Below are positions 62,981 to 64,000 of a DNA stretch of 64,000 bases, piece by piece. The notes below the pieces were generated by a model. It saw only the letters and a list, made by a program, of their open reading frames with translations, was not told the DNA's origin and made no database searches. The DNA is from Lepidodermella squamata (lineage: Eukaryota > Animalia > Gastrotricha). The DNA lies in the NCBI GenBank assembly GCA_047495785.1, contig JBLDXI010000023.1, positions 682,001 to 746,000 on the forward strand, written 5' to 3'. The position numbers and the translations under genes were made by a program. Each line of letters starts with the position of its first letter. The first letter of the stretch is position 1.

Positions 62981-63735
62981 CCCTTTCATGGCGGAATTAT
63001 TTATCTGCGGTAGACAAAATATTTGACGGCAGTGCTAGGGGTTTTCAAAAGCCCTGATCACGATTTTAAAATCCGTTTGTCGTTATCTATCACCGTTAAG
63101 GCTGTACAAAAGCTGGCCGAAATCGTCCTATCCGCCCAGCCGATTTCAGGCGATTTTTCGAGCACCCCGATTCCTGTGTCAGGTGCCCTCAGCCCTTCAG
63201 CTTTAGAATTTTAGATTATACATTACTCCCACGAATGTCCCTAACATTATCCCTCACTTATATCACCGAAAAAGTTTAGCTTGAAAAAGTGTTAGAGGCT
63301 CAGCTCTCAGATCTGAATTCAGCTTTTCCAGTTTTTGCTCGCGACAGTTTTTGCAGCACGAAATGCTCGCACTCCGCCTGTAAAAGTCTGGGCGGGAAGG
63401 GCGAATTTGGCCGGTTTGGTGTAATTTCAACAGCATCGTCGTTTTTCATTTCCCACTCGGGAAAATTTACACAGAGGTCAATAAGACTATGGCGGACAGA
63501 GAAACCTATGGAATTTCAAGTTGAAAAAATGGAAATTTCAATCTCAGGTTGACTATTTTCTATAGTATGTCTATAGTATGTCCTGACCATGCAAGATAAC
63601 AGTGTCCTGGTTTCAGAACCTTGTAGCCAGCATCGATAAGCAATATTCCTTAGAAGGGCGATGAAGAATTCAGCGAATTCAATTTTCTGCGAATTTTCAA
63701 AGTCAAAATTCCGAAATCGTCTCGCCGTGAAAGGG
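62981..63735. mobile_element. Non-autonomous piggyBac-type element, longer copy
   Basis: TTAA TSDs; same TIRs and body as 25868-26415 plus ~200 bp of extra internal sequence. Confidence 0.9.
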
Positions 63736-64000
63736 TTAAAATTGTGGATTATAGCCAAAAATCAGACCCAAGAATTGGACCCAATTATTACACCTGAATT
63801 ATCGAAATTTCACTGTTTACAAGATGTTTTCTGTGCGTTCCTTGAATTCTTTCGCCACAAATTTGGTGTCAAACGAACCGCCGGGTCATGGCCTACACTT
63901 CGCCGACAGGCATTTTGCTCTACGGCGCATCGTCTTCAATTGCTTTGCCGTAAACAACTTGTAAACAGTGGATTCACTGCGCAATCCACCAATTAATTGA

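Overview
Eukaryotic, probably invertebrate animal, DNA with many short GT-AG introns (about 45-70 nt); the species cannot be determined from this window. Positions 1-48 kb hold a tandem array of 16 full-length or near-full-length divergent pentameric ligand-gated ion channel (Cys-loop, pLGIC) genes plus 2 remnants, in four subfamilies. A: five 3-exon genes. B: seven intronless genes. C: two 10-exon genes. D: two intronless genes on the + strand. They lack the ACh-binding loop-B Trp and loop-C vicinal Cys, share an unusual P-D-R-P motif before M2 and have a very short M3-M4 loop. At least three are frameshifted, consistent with birth-and-death evolution of a receptor repertoire. The standout is subfamily C: manual splicing gives ~1000-aa chimeric channels built as signal peptide + two tandem ~255-aa beta-rich domains I do not recognise + Ser/Thr/Pro stalk + complete pLGIC. 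The array also contains a 136-aa secreted six-Cys protein gene, a small two-TM gene, a dead Ty1/Copia fragment with a nested piggyBac-type MITE, and hAT MITEs. The last 16 kb contain glutaminase (with ankyrin repeats), a two-domain S1 protease (dead + active domain), the first exon of its paralog, and more MITEs. Gene labels A1-D2 are my own, and exon boundaries were read by eye.
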